From Parcubacteria group bacterium GW2011_GWA2_43_13 (GTDB lineage: Bacteria; Patescibacteriota; Patescibacteriia; UBA9629; GWA2-43-13), in assembly GCA_000999025.1 (NCBI GenBank), contig LCFM01000002.1, positions 436 through 64,435 on the forward strand: 64,000 nucleotides of DNA. The letters are read 5' to 3'. The notes beneath the pieces were generated by a model that was given only the letters and a program-made list of their open reading frames with translations, was not told the DNA's origin and made no database searches. Of this stretch, positions 1-9,061 are shown piece after piece (the stretch's first letter is position 1; each line of letters starts with the position of its first letter). The position numbers and the translations under genes are program-made.

Positions 1-202
1 TTAATAATGCCTGCTCCTGCTGTTCTTGTTGATTCAAAGTACTTATGCCTGGCAGAGCACGTGGCAACGATTGTTGCGATGTATCAGATGGCGTTGATGG
101 CGATAATTCTATGTTTTGTTTTTTAATACCAAACAATAATATTAAAATAAAGATACCTAAAAGAACAACGCCGATTATGAGAAAAATAATATACTTTTTC
201 AT
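1..202 (-). CDS. Partial membrane-anchored hypothetical protein, runs off the window start
   Basis: Hand translation from ATG at 202: MKKYIIFLIIGVVLLGIFILILLFGIKKQNIELSPSTPSDTSQQ; N-terminal TM helix, open to position 1, directly downstream of the pilin fusion gene. Confidence 0.7.
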   Translation of the reverse strand, partial: MKKYIIFLIIGVVLLGIFILILLFGIKKQNIELSPSTPSDTSQQSLPRALPGISTLNQQEQQEQALL

Positions 203-210
203 ACAAAAAA

Positions 211-1365
211 TTAATGACGATTCTTAACACGATAAATAGAAACAGTGCCGCCGCAATATTGATCAGATGGCGCAGGAGCACACATATAATTATTTGAGAA
301 CCATGCAAATCGCGCTTTACTGCTTGCATTTGATAGCACTGGTTTACACGCCGGCCCCATACAAATACCAATATGACGACTGTCCGCTTTTTCTGCAATC
401 ATGATATCTCCACACATAGCATTTGCTGTTAATATCAGATCTCCCCTCCCAGCATTTAACCCAGCTTGTACGTCTAAAACGTAATCTTTACTCCCGCGAG
501 AACGAACAATTGTATCAACATTTGCCTTATTTAAAATGTAATTCACTGACCATGCGCATGCCTTATTCCCTCCCTCCGGCCCCCCACTCGTATCTGCCCC
601 ACATGCCAATTTCGCCGCATTGCAAATATCTGCCTGAATATTATCGCTCAATGACACCTTGGTCATCACATTTGTTTGCATTGCTTGTGTCGTGCCACCA
701 CCTACATTAGCACAAGAAGGAGCTGGACCTAAACTGCCTGTCCTCCCACCTCCTCCTATAGCTTCTGCTTTTGCCTGCTCGCGAGCGATATAGGTTGAAA
801 CTTTTGTATCAATGCACGATGGCGGTGTTTCACCATCGCACAAATTATTCCATGGCAAAGAGTTAGAAAACAGCCGAGCCGTTGACTTTAACAGCGTACT
901 TTTTCTTTCCTGATCTTGTTGAGGATTATTTGTGTCTGCTGTATATTCAGGCGTTACTGCAATAATAATTGTATTCACAATAATCCATGATGATAACACA
1001 AGCATCATGCCAAAAAACGTGCGGGACATGATTTCTTTGCCTTGCTGAATTTTTTGGTCATCCCCGCGCGACATCATCCACACCATGCCACCGTACAACA
1101 ACATAATCAGTGCTCCGATTCCGACAAAACTGATCATGATTCTATATATGCCAATCGGAACCGATAAGATATCGCACATGGTGCAATTGCCACACTGCTT
1201 GCATTCTGCTGATACAAACTGAAATGTAACTCCTACTGATTCCAAACGATCAATAGTTGCAGATCCTTCTGATGTCGCGCTCACGCTTACTGGAAAGATA
1301 ACAAACACAACTCCCGCAAAAAGAGTAACCGCACCCATCCATCTCTTTAAAAAATTTCTTGACAT
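211..1365 (-). CDS. CPR VirB2/TrbC-like pilin domain fused to a C-terminal NlpC/P60-CHAP-like Cys-His hydrolase domain
   Basis: Signal peptide; Cys-rich CKQCGNCTMCDIL; TM1-GGMVWMMSRGDDQKIQQGKEIM-TM2 pilin signature; C-terminal NKACAWSVNYIL...GDIMI...HIGIC...LSN. Confidence 0.65.
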   Translation of the reverse strand: MSRNFLKRWMGAVTLFAGVVFVIFPVSVSATSEGSATIDRLESVGVTFQFVSAECKQCGNCTMCDILSVPIGIYRIMISFVGIGALIMLLYGGMVWMMSRGDDQKIQQGKEIMSRTFFGMMLVLSSWIIVNTIIIAVTPEYTADTNNPQQDQERKSTLLKSTARLFSNSLPWNNLCDGETPPSCIDTKVSTYIAREQAKAEAIGGGGRTGSLGPAPSCANVGGGTTQAMQTNVMTKVSLSDNIQADICNAAKLACGADTSGGPEGGNKACAWSVNYILNKANVDTIVRSRGSKDYVLDVQAGLNAGRGDLILTANAMCGDIMIAEKADSRHIGICMGPACKPVLSNASSKARFAWFSNNYMCAPAPSDQYCGGTVSIYRVKNRH

Positions 1366-1470
1366 ACTATTGAGGATATTGTATCACATCCAAGTAATGG
1401 AATGAACAAAACCTTTACGAGTCGTTTTGTTTTTGATATGGTATGATTGTTTTAGCGAAGAAAAATCTAA

Positions 1471-1593
1471 CCATTAAAATGGTGGACGCAGTCCTCCTAC
1501 AGGGGGCGAGTAAGCATTTTAATGGGAAGGAGGGGCAAGCGAAAGCTGAAATGTTCTCCTAAAGGGAGAACATGAAAGCTGAAGCTTTGACCC
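1471..1593 (+). ncRNA. Candidate structured RNA in the tRNA-Lys leader
   Basis: 11-bp stem CCATTAAAATG/CATTTTAATGG plus a multibranch domain with three hairpins; extended -10 TGGTATGAT near 1439-1447. Confidence 0.4.
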
Positions 1594-1598
1594 GACGC

Positions 1599-1673
1599 GC
1601 GCCCATAGCTCAATGGTAGAGCAGTGGCCTTTTAAGCCAACGGTTCCAGGTTCGACCCCTGGTGGGCGCACCA
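1599..1673 (+). tRNA. tRNA-Lys(UUU)
   Basis: Acceptor GCGCCCA/TGGGCGC, D-arm AGCTCAATGGTAGAGC, anticodon loop CTTTTAA, GGTTCGAC T-arm, encoded CCA. Confidence 0.97.
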
Positions 1674-1703
1674 AAAAAACACCCCTACTTGGGGGCTGTT
1701 TTT

Positions 1704-1712
1704 TTATCCACA
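1704..1712 (+). promoter_or_regulatory. DnaA box upstream of dnaB, with TATAAT at 1726-1731
   Basis: Perfect TTATCCACA. Confidence 0.55.
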
Positions 1713-1783
1713 CCAATAAGAGGTGTATAATATGTGGTTCACGCTCTTGAGACACAACCGATTCTCCTTTACTATACAAAGAT

Positions 1784-3148
1784 ATGGCTGATGGAATGGA
1801 AAAAATCCCACCGCACAATCTTGAGGCAGAACAATCTGTGCTTGGCGCTCTTTTTATTGATCCTGACGCCATTGTTCACGTTGCGGACATTGTTACAAGC
1901 GATGATTTTTATAAAGAAGTGCACCGCATTATTTTTAACGCGATTGTGGAGGTATATGAAAAGCACCTGCCTATTGATCTTTTAAATGTCAGTAACCGAC
2001 TTTTGGAGCGCAATCAGCTGGAACTCGTTGGAGGACGCGCCTATTTAAGCGAACTCACCACCATAGTCCCCACTGCAAGCAATGTGGCGAGTTATGCCAC
2101 TATTGTGCAAAAAAAAGCAACTCTGCGCCGTCTTCTTAAAGCCGCGCATGATATTACAAGTTATGGATATAATGAAGAAGATGAAACAGAGCATTTGCTT
2201 GATATGTCAGAGCAAGCGATATTTCGGGTATCGCAAAAACATCTGCATCAAAATTTTATTCCCATTACCACAATCCTGACTGAAACATTCGACCGCATTG
2301 ATGAACTTCATCGCGGAGACGGATCTCTGCGAGGCGTACCAACCGGATTCCCTGATCTTGATAATTTAATGTCCGGTTTGCAAAAATCAGATCTGGTGAT
2401 TCTTGCGGCGCGGCCATCTGTGGGAAAAACAACATTCGCGCTCGATATCGCGCGAAATGCGGCAGTTGTGTATAAATCAAAAGTAGGGATTTTTTCACTT
2501 GAAATGTCCAAAGAACAACTTGTTGACCGTTTACTCGCAACTCAAGCAGGTATTGATTTATGGAAAATGCGAACAGGCAAACTCTCGCACCAAGAAGGGT
2601 CAGATGAATTCCCGCGCATCGGGCAAGCCATGGGCGTGCTTTCCGAAGCGCCGATTTTTATTGACGACACGCCAAGCGCCAATGTCATGCAAATACGCAC
2701 AAAAGCGCGGCGCTTGCAGGCAGAACACGGGCTTGATTTTATTATCATTGATTATCTTCAGTTGATGGAATCGCGAGCCCAAAGCAAATCAAGCGACAAT
2801 CGTGTGCAGGAAATCGCGGAAATTTCACGCGGATTAAAATCAATCGCGCGCGAGTTAAACATTCCGGTACTTGCCCTGTCCCAACTCTCTCGCGCTGTTG
2901 AAATGACAAAACCCGCTATTCCAAAACTTGCACATTTGCGTGAATCTGGTTCAATTGAACAAGATGCTGATATCGTTATGTTTGTCTACCGTAAAGCTAT
3001 GGATCGTAATTATCGAGAAGAGGACTTATCTCAAGAAGAAAAACATCTCACAGAAATCCACATTGCCAAGCACCGCAACGGTCCGACCGGGGTTATCAAA
3101 CTATTCTTTGACGCAAATCATGTAACATTTAAAAGTTTAGCTAAATAA
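1784..3148 (+). CDS. dnaB: Replicative DNA helicase
   Basis: PPHNLEAEQSVLG N-terminus, AARPSVGKT Walker A, IIDYLQLM, LRESGSIEQDAD, AKHRNGP. Confidence 0.98.
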   Translation: MADGMEKIPPHNLEAEQSVLGALFIDPDAIVHVADIVTSDDFYKEVHRIIFNAIVEVYEKHLPIDLLNVSNRLLERNQLELVGGRAYLSELTTIVPTASNVASYATIVQKKATLRRLLKAAHDITSYGYNEEDETEHLLDMSEQAIFRVSQKHLHQNFIPITTILTETFDRIDELHRGDGSLRGVPTGFPDLDNLMSGLQKSDLVILAARPSVGKTTFALDIARNAAVVYKSKVGIFSLEMSKEQLVDRLLATQAGIDLWKMRTGKLSHQEGSDEFPRIGQAMGVLSEAPIFIDDTPSANVMQIRTKARRLQAEHGLDFIIIDYLQLMESRAQSKSSDNRVQEIAEISRGLKSIARELNIPVLALSQLSRAVEMTKPAIPKLAHLRESGSIEQDADIVMFVYRKAMDRNYREEDLSQEEKHLTEIHIAKHRNGPTGVIKLFFDANHVTFKSLAK

Positions 3149-3161
3149 GAGCCCCCACACT

Positions 3162-3461
3162 ATGTTCTCCAAACTCAAACACATTAAAGACCTGCGCTCG
3201 CAGGCAAAAAAAATGCAAGAAGAAATGTCAAAAGAGGTAATTGAAAACCAAAAGCATGGCATCTCTATCACCATGAACGGGAATCAGGAAATTTTAAAAT
3301 TCACCCTGCCCGCTGATGCGCTTTCTTCCGGCAGTAAAGAACGGCTGGAAAAAAACATTGTGGAAGCATTTGATGACACTCTCAAAAAACTCCAACGCCG
3401 CATGGCGGAAAAAATGATGAAAGGAAAAGACATCAGCGATATTCAACTACCTGGATTTTAA
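3162..3461 (+). CDS. ybaB: YbaB/EbfC nucleoid-associated protein
   Basis: QAKKMQEEM...ITMNGNQEI pattern; directly upstream of recR. Confidence 0.85.
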   Translation: MFSKLKHIKDLRSQAKKMQEEMSKEVIENQKHGISITMNGNQEILKFTLPADALSSGSKERLEKNIVEAFDDTLKKLQRRMAEKMMKGKDISDIQLPGF

Positions 3462-3464
3462 TGT

Positions 3465-4073
3465 ATGCGTTATCTTCCATCCGCGCTTGAGCGGGCAATG
3501 GAACAATTTGAAAAACTCCCAGGCATCGGTCCTAAAACAGCCGAGCGTTTTGTCTTATACCTCATGAAACGGTCAAAAGAAGAAGTCAGCGAGTTTGCAA
3601 AAGCGTTAATTGACTTAAAAAATGAAATCCACCTCTGTCCGCAATGCTTTAATTTTGCAGATAACGAAAATGAATTGTGCGGTATTTGTACCGATCCCAA
3701 ACGCGATCACGCTATGGTGTGCGTTGTTGCGGAATCAAGCGATGTTGTAGCGCTGGAACACACCAGTGAGTATCGTGGTGTGTATCATGTATTAGGCGGC
3801 ACATTAAGCCCAATTCACGGCATTACGCCTGATCGCATTCGTATTCAGCAATTGATGAGTCGCATTGAGGCATCAACGCCTGGTGAAATTATTTTGGCTT
3901 TAAATCCTGATATTGACGGCGAAGCAACGTCGCTGTATCTATCCCGTCTGCTGAAAGGAAGATCATTCCGTCTTACGCATTTAGCGCGCGGATTGCCGAT
4001 GGGATCTGATTTGGACTATGCCGATGAAATCACCCTTACCAACGCCCTCACCAATCGCCGTGATATTGCGTAA
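3465..4073 (+). CDS. recR: Recombination mediator RecR
   Basis: LPGIGPKTAER HhH, C4 zinc finger, YHVLGG, GEAT, LARGLPMGSDLDYAD. Confidence 0.98.
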   Translation: MRYLPSALERAMEQFEKLPGIGPKTAERFVLYLMKRSKEEVSEFAKALIDLKNEIHLCPQCFNFADNENELCGICTDPKRDHAMVCVVAESSDVVALEHTSEYRGVYHVLGGTLSPIHGITPDRIRIQQLMSRIEASTPGEIILALNPDIDGEATSLYLSRLLKGRSFRLTHLARGLPMGSDLDYADEITLTNALTNRRDIA

Positions 4074-4089
4074 CCATGAAATAAAAAAT

Positions 4090-4118
4090 GTAGAGACGCC
4101 CCCCTGGGGCGTCTCTAC
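4090..4118. repeat. GTAG-type REP palindrome (GTAGAGACG-N-CGTCTCTAC)
   Basis: About 10 copies: 4090, 6362, 6403, 24271, 30792, 32064, 42215, 46957, 47220, 47826. Confidence 0.85.
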
Positions 4119-4187
4119 GCATAAGTATATGACCAATGTAAAAATGCACTTTTAAAAGCGCATTTTTTTATCAACTCAAAAAACGTA

Positions 4188-4502
4188 TTACGCTGAAATT
4201 GTATCAATCCGTACTTTTGTTTTGTGCTGGCGATGGCCGTAGACCTTATGGTAGCGTACTTTTGCCTTATACTTTTCAACGCGAATTTTGCGGTCGCGGG
4301 TTTGTTCTAAAATTGTGCCAACCACTTTTGCGCCAGCAACTGTCGGCGTGCCAACTGACACTTTTGACCCGTCTTCTTCAGCAATAAGAAACGGCTCAAA
4401 CTCAACTATTGAGTTACCTTCTCCAACAAGTTTTTCGATAGCAATAACCATGCCTTCTGTTACTTGATACTGTTTTCCGCCTGTTTTAATGATTGCAAAC
4501 AT
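4188..4502 (-). CDS. rplU: 50S ribosomal protein L21
   Basis: MFAIIKTGGKQY...GHRQ. Confidence 0.97.
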   Translation of the reverse strand: MFAIIKTGGKQYQVTEGMVIAIEKLVGEGNSIVEFEPFLIAEEDGSKVSVGTPTVAGAKVVGTILEQTRDRKIRVEKYKAKVRYHKVYGHRQHKTKVRIDTISA

Positions 4503-4510
4503 AGATAACT

Positions 4511-4587
4511 GCGACGCTAATATGCGAATAACACACGAATAACTCGAATATTTGTATCATTCGCATGTATTCGTGTATTCGTGTCGC
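4511..4587. repeat. 77-bp CGAAT/ATTCG hairpin element, copy 1
   Basis: Diverged, inverted homolog of 14917-14993 and 15892-15968. Confidence 0.8.
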
Positions 4588-4650
4588 TCTAAAACAAAGA
4601 CACTATACAACACTCTTTCAACCTCGTCAACCAAGAGCAAAAAAACATCA

Positions 4651-4690
4651 CGGTCTTACTTTTTTCACGGCCGTGAAAAAAGTAAGACCG
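4651..4690. repeat. Perfect 40-bp palindrome
   Basis: CGGTCTTACTTTTTTCACGG|CCGTGAAAAAAGTAAGACCG; related copy at 40611-40650. Confidence 0.85.
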
Positions 4691-4697
4691 CAGAGTT

Positions 4698-4758
4698 AAA
4701 AAAAACAAGGCGTACAAGGGGTATCACTCTGATGTGAATACCACTACATACGCCTTCG
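4698..4758 (-). terminator. Rho-independent terminator of the GC-rich cassette
   Basis: AAGGCGTA...TACGCCTT stem followed by GTTTTTTT on the minus strand. Confidence 0.6.
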
Positions 4759-4763
4759 TGTGA

Positions 4764-6267
4764 TTATCGAGCGACTCGCAACCTACCCCATACCGTCGCC
4801 AACTCCGACTGTTCATCGTAGCTGACTTCGGGGAGGGTAGAGAGCGGAGCGTACTTCTCAAGTTGCGCGAGTTGCGCTTTCCCGATCATCGTCGGGACGA
4901 TCACCGACGCAGCAATGACCTCTCTCGACACTCGCGCTGCGGTTGCGGCGACCGGTTGATCGCCAATCGGGTAAAGACACTCGGATAGGTCTATGAACCC
5001 CTCCTTATTGACGATGGCGATCCACCCACTCCATATCGGAGCGACAAGGTCCTTCGGGTCGGTACTCGTAAAGAACGAGCCACCGACCGCGTGCCACTGC
5101 CCCTTTGTATTCAGGGCGAGCACGACGACCGGCTCGACGCCGACGCGGAGGAGGAACTCAAACGCAGATGGGAGGTAAATCCCGAAGGATGCGTCTATCG
5201 TCGGGACACCGAGGAGGTTGATCACCCCCTTGTGTACCTTCACGAGCGTCCCATCCGCACCCCAACCGAGAGGAGAAGGATAGACAGTTACAACCTCTCC
5301 TCCGTTCGGCGCGAAAACGAGAACCGCCCCTGCCTGACTGTTCAGGTCCGGCAGTTGAAATGTCCCCTCACTGATCACCCTTTCCTGTGCCCGGACGGTC
5401 TCGAGGAGACCGTCGCTCTTTTGGTATACGGCAAAACCTCCGTATGGAGGAATGCCAATGCTTGCCATCGGCCTCATGGGGAGGGACAATAATTGCATCC
5501 CAGCCCGAAGCGGATGATTCAGCGAACCCTGCCTGATCGTGATCTCCGGCAATTCAATCAACCCGCTTGCCGGAACGACAAACGGCCCGACACCCCCCTG
5601 AACGTCGTATCCCGGTTCGGTGACGATCCATACCTCATCACCGACTCGAATCTCGGTCGGGAAAAACGGCGTGGCCAGCGCCGTGAACGTACCCCCGGAG
5701 GAGACGTTGATTCTCTCTCCGAAGACAACGAGACCTTCTCGTCGAATTTCGTACCCCACTCCGCAGATCGTCTGCGAAGCTGACCCATCCCCCCGGAAAG
5801 GGCGTAACGAAATCGGTATACACGAACTCGCACAGCTCGGGAACGAGTTCGATTCCGAACGTTTCGCCCCCGGAGGCGCTTTCCGTGACGTCAACAGCAA
5901 CCTCAATCTCCGCCGTAACGCCTTCATTGATGACGAGCGGTTCCGAAAAAACGCTTCGAAGCACACCGCCTACAAAATTGCCACCCCCACCGAGGTCATG
6001 ATAGCTGGGTTCGAGAACGAGGTAGCTCCCTTCTACGACGACACTGGAATCGTAAGAAAGCCCCCAGCGTCGAAGCCCGATCGCCTTGATTGCGATCGGT
6101 ACCGCGCGGGACGTGACTTGAACATCCATAACCCGGACATCACTCTGTCCGGGAGAGACGACCCCCGCTGGCGGGGAGAGCGGAGACATCGTAACGACGA
6201 TGTCCTGGGCGAACGCGGACGACGTGCAGAACAACGCAATCAACGCTACTAAACTCTTACGAAACAT
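4764..6267 (-). pseudogene. Frameshifted secreted protein (about 500 aa if fused), GC-rich, C-terminal ELATVWGRLR motif
   Basis: ORF 5638-6267 has SD AGGAGG and signal peptide MFRKSLVALIALFCTSSAFA; ORF 4764-5966 looks protein-like only after about 5790; G6 run at 5789-5794 sits at the junction. Confidence 0.6.
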
Positions 6268-6513
6268 CGCGATGTCCTCCTAAAGGACAGGGTGTGAACG
6301 AATCCGCTTATACAATCAAAGCGGACGCGAAAAAAGGCCTTTTAATACACTTTCAAAAAGTGTAGAGACGCTCCGGTGGAGCGTCTTTGTCGAATTATTA
6401 TTGAGACGCACCATCGGTGCGTCTCTACACTCGACCGTACATCCTATTATCAAATTTTTCTCTTAACAAAGCCATTTTTCGTGGCCGCTTTGGAGGTTGT
6501 CAAAGAACTCGCC

Positions 6514-6542
6514 ACGTTATCACAAAGTTGACAAAAAGTCAA
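6514..6542 (-). promoter_or_regulatory. Sigma70-type promoter for the cassette
   Basis: TTGACT-17-TAACGT followed by boxA-like GTTCTTTGACAA (6497-6508). Confidence 0.5.
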
Positions 6543-6635
6543 GATTTTATAAAAAAACTCACCCTGCCCTCTCCTTCTTAAGGAGAGGGTGGACGACACC
6601 CCCCCCTCCCTCATCCTCCTTTAGAGAAAAAACAA

Positions 6636-7169
6636 TTACTCAAACTCAATTGCGACAGAATCGCCAAGATTGAGCTGATGCTCTTCTATAAACCCGGCAG
6701 GCACTTCCAATACTCGATTTACCGGCCCGACTGGCGAGTATAGTTTACGCTCCTCGCTTTCTTGTTGCGGTTGAGCGCGGCTAACCATATCTAAAATAGT
6801 ATTATCATCAATAAATATAATATCCAAAGGAATGCTCATCCCCTGCATGTGAAATGTATACTCTTGCTTTGAATCAAATTCAAACAGCATGCCATTTTCA
6901 GATGAAAGAGAGTCGCGACCAAGCAAACCCTTTTGCCGATCATCATCTGTCCGCGCGACATCAACAACCACAATATCTCCGCCAATATATACGCGCGCCT
7001 GTGTTTTTGAAATATCCGGAACATCAATATCCGGCGTTACCTGGCGCAACACATCTGTATTTTTATCAAATTCAACAGTGCGTTTTGGCACGATAACAAT
7101 CAGCGCAATGACAATAAGAGCGATAATCGTAAGAATGATAGTGATGATAAGTGATTTTGAAAGTTGCAT
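6636..7169 (-). CDS. DUF192 family protein with N-terminal anchor
   Basis: RQKGLLGR...GMLFEF...FHMQGMSIPLDIIFID...VLEVPAG. Confidence 0.9.
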   Translation of the reverse strand: MQLSKSLIITIILTIIALIVIALIVIVPKRTVEFDKNTDVLRQVTPDIDVPDISKTQARVYIGGDIVVVDVARTDDDRQKGLLGRDSLSSENGMLFEFDSKQEYTFHMQGMSIPLDIIFIDDNTILDMVSRAQPQQESEERKLYSPVGPVNRVLEVPAGFIEEHQLNLGDSVAIEFE

Positions 7170-7179
7170 AGAATGAATA

Positions 7180-7345
7180 CCTCACCCCCCGTCATTCCGC
7201 ATTCAGCTCCAGACGGGGCAGGCCTACCCTCTCCTTATAAAGGAGAGGGAAATTAAAGGGAAACCCTCATTGTAAAGGAGAGGGAATCGCCGATCCCCTC
7301 CTCCTTAATAAGGAGGATCCGCCAGCTGGCGGAGGGAGGAGGTGT
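7180..7345. repeat. Cluster of CCCTCTCCTT-N-AAGGAGAGGG palindromes plus TCCGCCAGCTGGCGGA
   Basis: Family also at about 6558, 9017, 32099, 37941, 45196 and 46741. Confidence 0.75.
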
Positions 7346-8439
7346 TAAGAAGATGGAGGAAAAGTAATACGCTTTGAGGCGTGATGAACGAATAAAACAA
7401 AAACACTTGCGACAAGAATAACAATAATAACCAGCCAAATCCATGCGACATTGCGCAACATCAAACCAGCAGTCCCCAAAACAAGCGCAAAAAGATAATA
7501 CACAATACTCACTCGCTTAGCGCTGAATCCCATATCAAGCAGACGCAAATGCATGTGGTTTCTATCCCCTGCAAACGGAGAACGCTTTTCTTTTACCAAT
7601 CGTTTGTAAATAACCACTCCAACATCAATAATCGCAAGCCCCATCACAACCAATGTTATTGCTATTTTTGCCTCACTTAAAATAGCAAGGGTGGCGAGCA
7701 TAAATCCTGCCCACGTACTGCCCCCCTCCCCCAAAAAAATCGAAGCAGGAGAAAAATTAAACACTAAAAACCCAAGCATCACACCCAACAAAATAATACC
7801 CAATAGAGGCGATGTTATCTGACCTAAAAACAACCCTACTATCACTAAAAATCCAGCCCCAATCGCTGTTACCCCGGCAACAAGACCATCAACCCCATCT
7901 AAAAATTTTGTTGTATACACCATGCCTAAAATCCACACAAACGTAATACTATCAGCAGGTAAAGTAAAATAATACGGAATCCCATTGATTCGTGTTATTT
8001 CAAATTTCATCTGCGCAAGTTTAATTATTTCGCTCCCCTCTAATCCATCAATAAACGGATTGGTAATAGCGGAAAGCCCGATCCCGCTTGCGATAACAAT
8101 GGCAATCGCTATGAATGGAAATAAACATTGATGCCACGGCTTGAGATTATATGTATCATCAATCAATCCCCCAATGACCAATACTAACCCTCCCAGCGTC
8201 ATGCCAATAAGATGCTTGCCAACAACTTCATGCTCTCCAATAAACGCAATTGCGATAAAAGAAACAAGAGCAAACGCAACAAAACACGCCAACCCTCCGC
8301 CAAGCGGAATGGGCGTGGTGTGATGTTTTCGTCCGCCACTCGGATGGTCAACAATACGCGCTCTCCTCATGAGCTGACGAGTGCAGTATGTTGCGCACAC
8401 AGACACAAGCAAGGCAGAAATGCCCCAGAGTATAAACAT
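7345..8439 (-). CDS. MraY/WecA(TagO)-family undecaprenyl-phosphate glycosyl-1-phosphate transferase
   Basis: RKHHTTPIPLGGGLA, GLIDD, DGVDGL, FNFSPASIFLGEGG, DRNHMHLRL; start trimmed to MFILWG (uncertain). Confidence 0.9.
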   Translation of the reverse strand: MFILWGISALLVSVCATYCTRQLMRRARIVDHPSGGRKHHTTPIPLGGGLACFVAFALVSFIAIAFIGEHEVVGKHLIGMTLGGLVLVIGGLIDDTYNLKPWHQCLFPFIAIAIVIASGIGLSAITNPFIDGLEGSEIIKLAQMKFEITRINGIPYYFTLPADSITFVWILGMVYTTKFLDGVDGLVAGVTAIGAGFLVIVGLFLGQITSPLLGIILLGVMLGFLVFNFSPASIFLGEGGSTWAGFMLATLAILSEAKIAITLVVMGLAIIDVGVVIYKRLVKEKRSPFAGDRNHMHLRLLDMGFSAKRVSIVYYLFALVLGTAGLMLRNVAWIWLVIIVILVASVFVLFVHHASKRITFPPSS

Positions 8440-8611
8440 AAGGATTATGGGACTGTCGCCGAATACCATATTTGGCATAAAACCCCAAACTCCGGTAAAT
8501 TTTTTTGAAAATTTTTTCGCTAATGTATCCACATTACCTCAAAAATTGTTCGAAAAAATTTCCTCGAGGTTTGGCATTTTCTGCTCAAAAGAGCATTCAG
8601 CGACAGTCCCA

Positions 8612-9007
8612 TTATATCTTATTCAGATATTCTTCCAAAATCTGCGCCGCGACAAAATGGTCAACAGGCATGTTTGTTTGCAGTGGTTGAGATACAAGCT
8701 GATCAGCCAAACGCGATGTCATCCGTTCATCGTACTCATGCACAGGCAGAGCATACCGCGCGCGGACTGTTTCTATAAAATCGCGCGCTTCACGCGTCTG
8801 TTCGGTTTCAGTGTCATTCAGGCCCAAAGGAAGCCCGACAACAATGGTTGAAATATCATGTTCTTTTACACATTCATCCATATCATCCCAAAAATCAGGC
8901 CCGCAGGCGTCGAGCGTTGTGAGCGGAACTATTTTATGGTCAGCATCAACAGTAATAGCAATACCGACATTTTTTTTGCCATAATCAATGGCAAGAACGT
9001 GAGACAT
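8612..9007 (-). CDS. ruvX: RuvX/YqgF RNase H-fold nuclease
   Basis: LAIDYGKKNVGIA, VVGLP, DERMTS, VDHFVAAQILEEYL. Confidence 0.93.
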   Translation of the reverse strand: MSHVLAIDYGKKNVGIAITVDADHKIVPLTTLDACGPDFWDDMDECVKEHDISTIVVGLPLGLNDTETEQTREARDFIETVRARYALPVHEYDERMTSRLADQLVSQPLQTNMPVDHFVAAQILEEYLNKI

Positions 9008-9061
9008 GTAAGGAATACCTCCCTGTATCCCATCCTTGATAAGGAGAGGGCGAGGGGTGGT

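Noticed and set aside
5091-6252. Plus-strand ORFs of 133, 96 and 210 aa
   Set aside because: Antisense shadows of the GC-rich minus-strand gene, without SD or plausible composition
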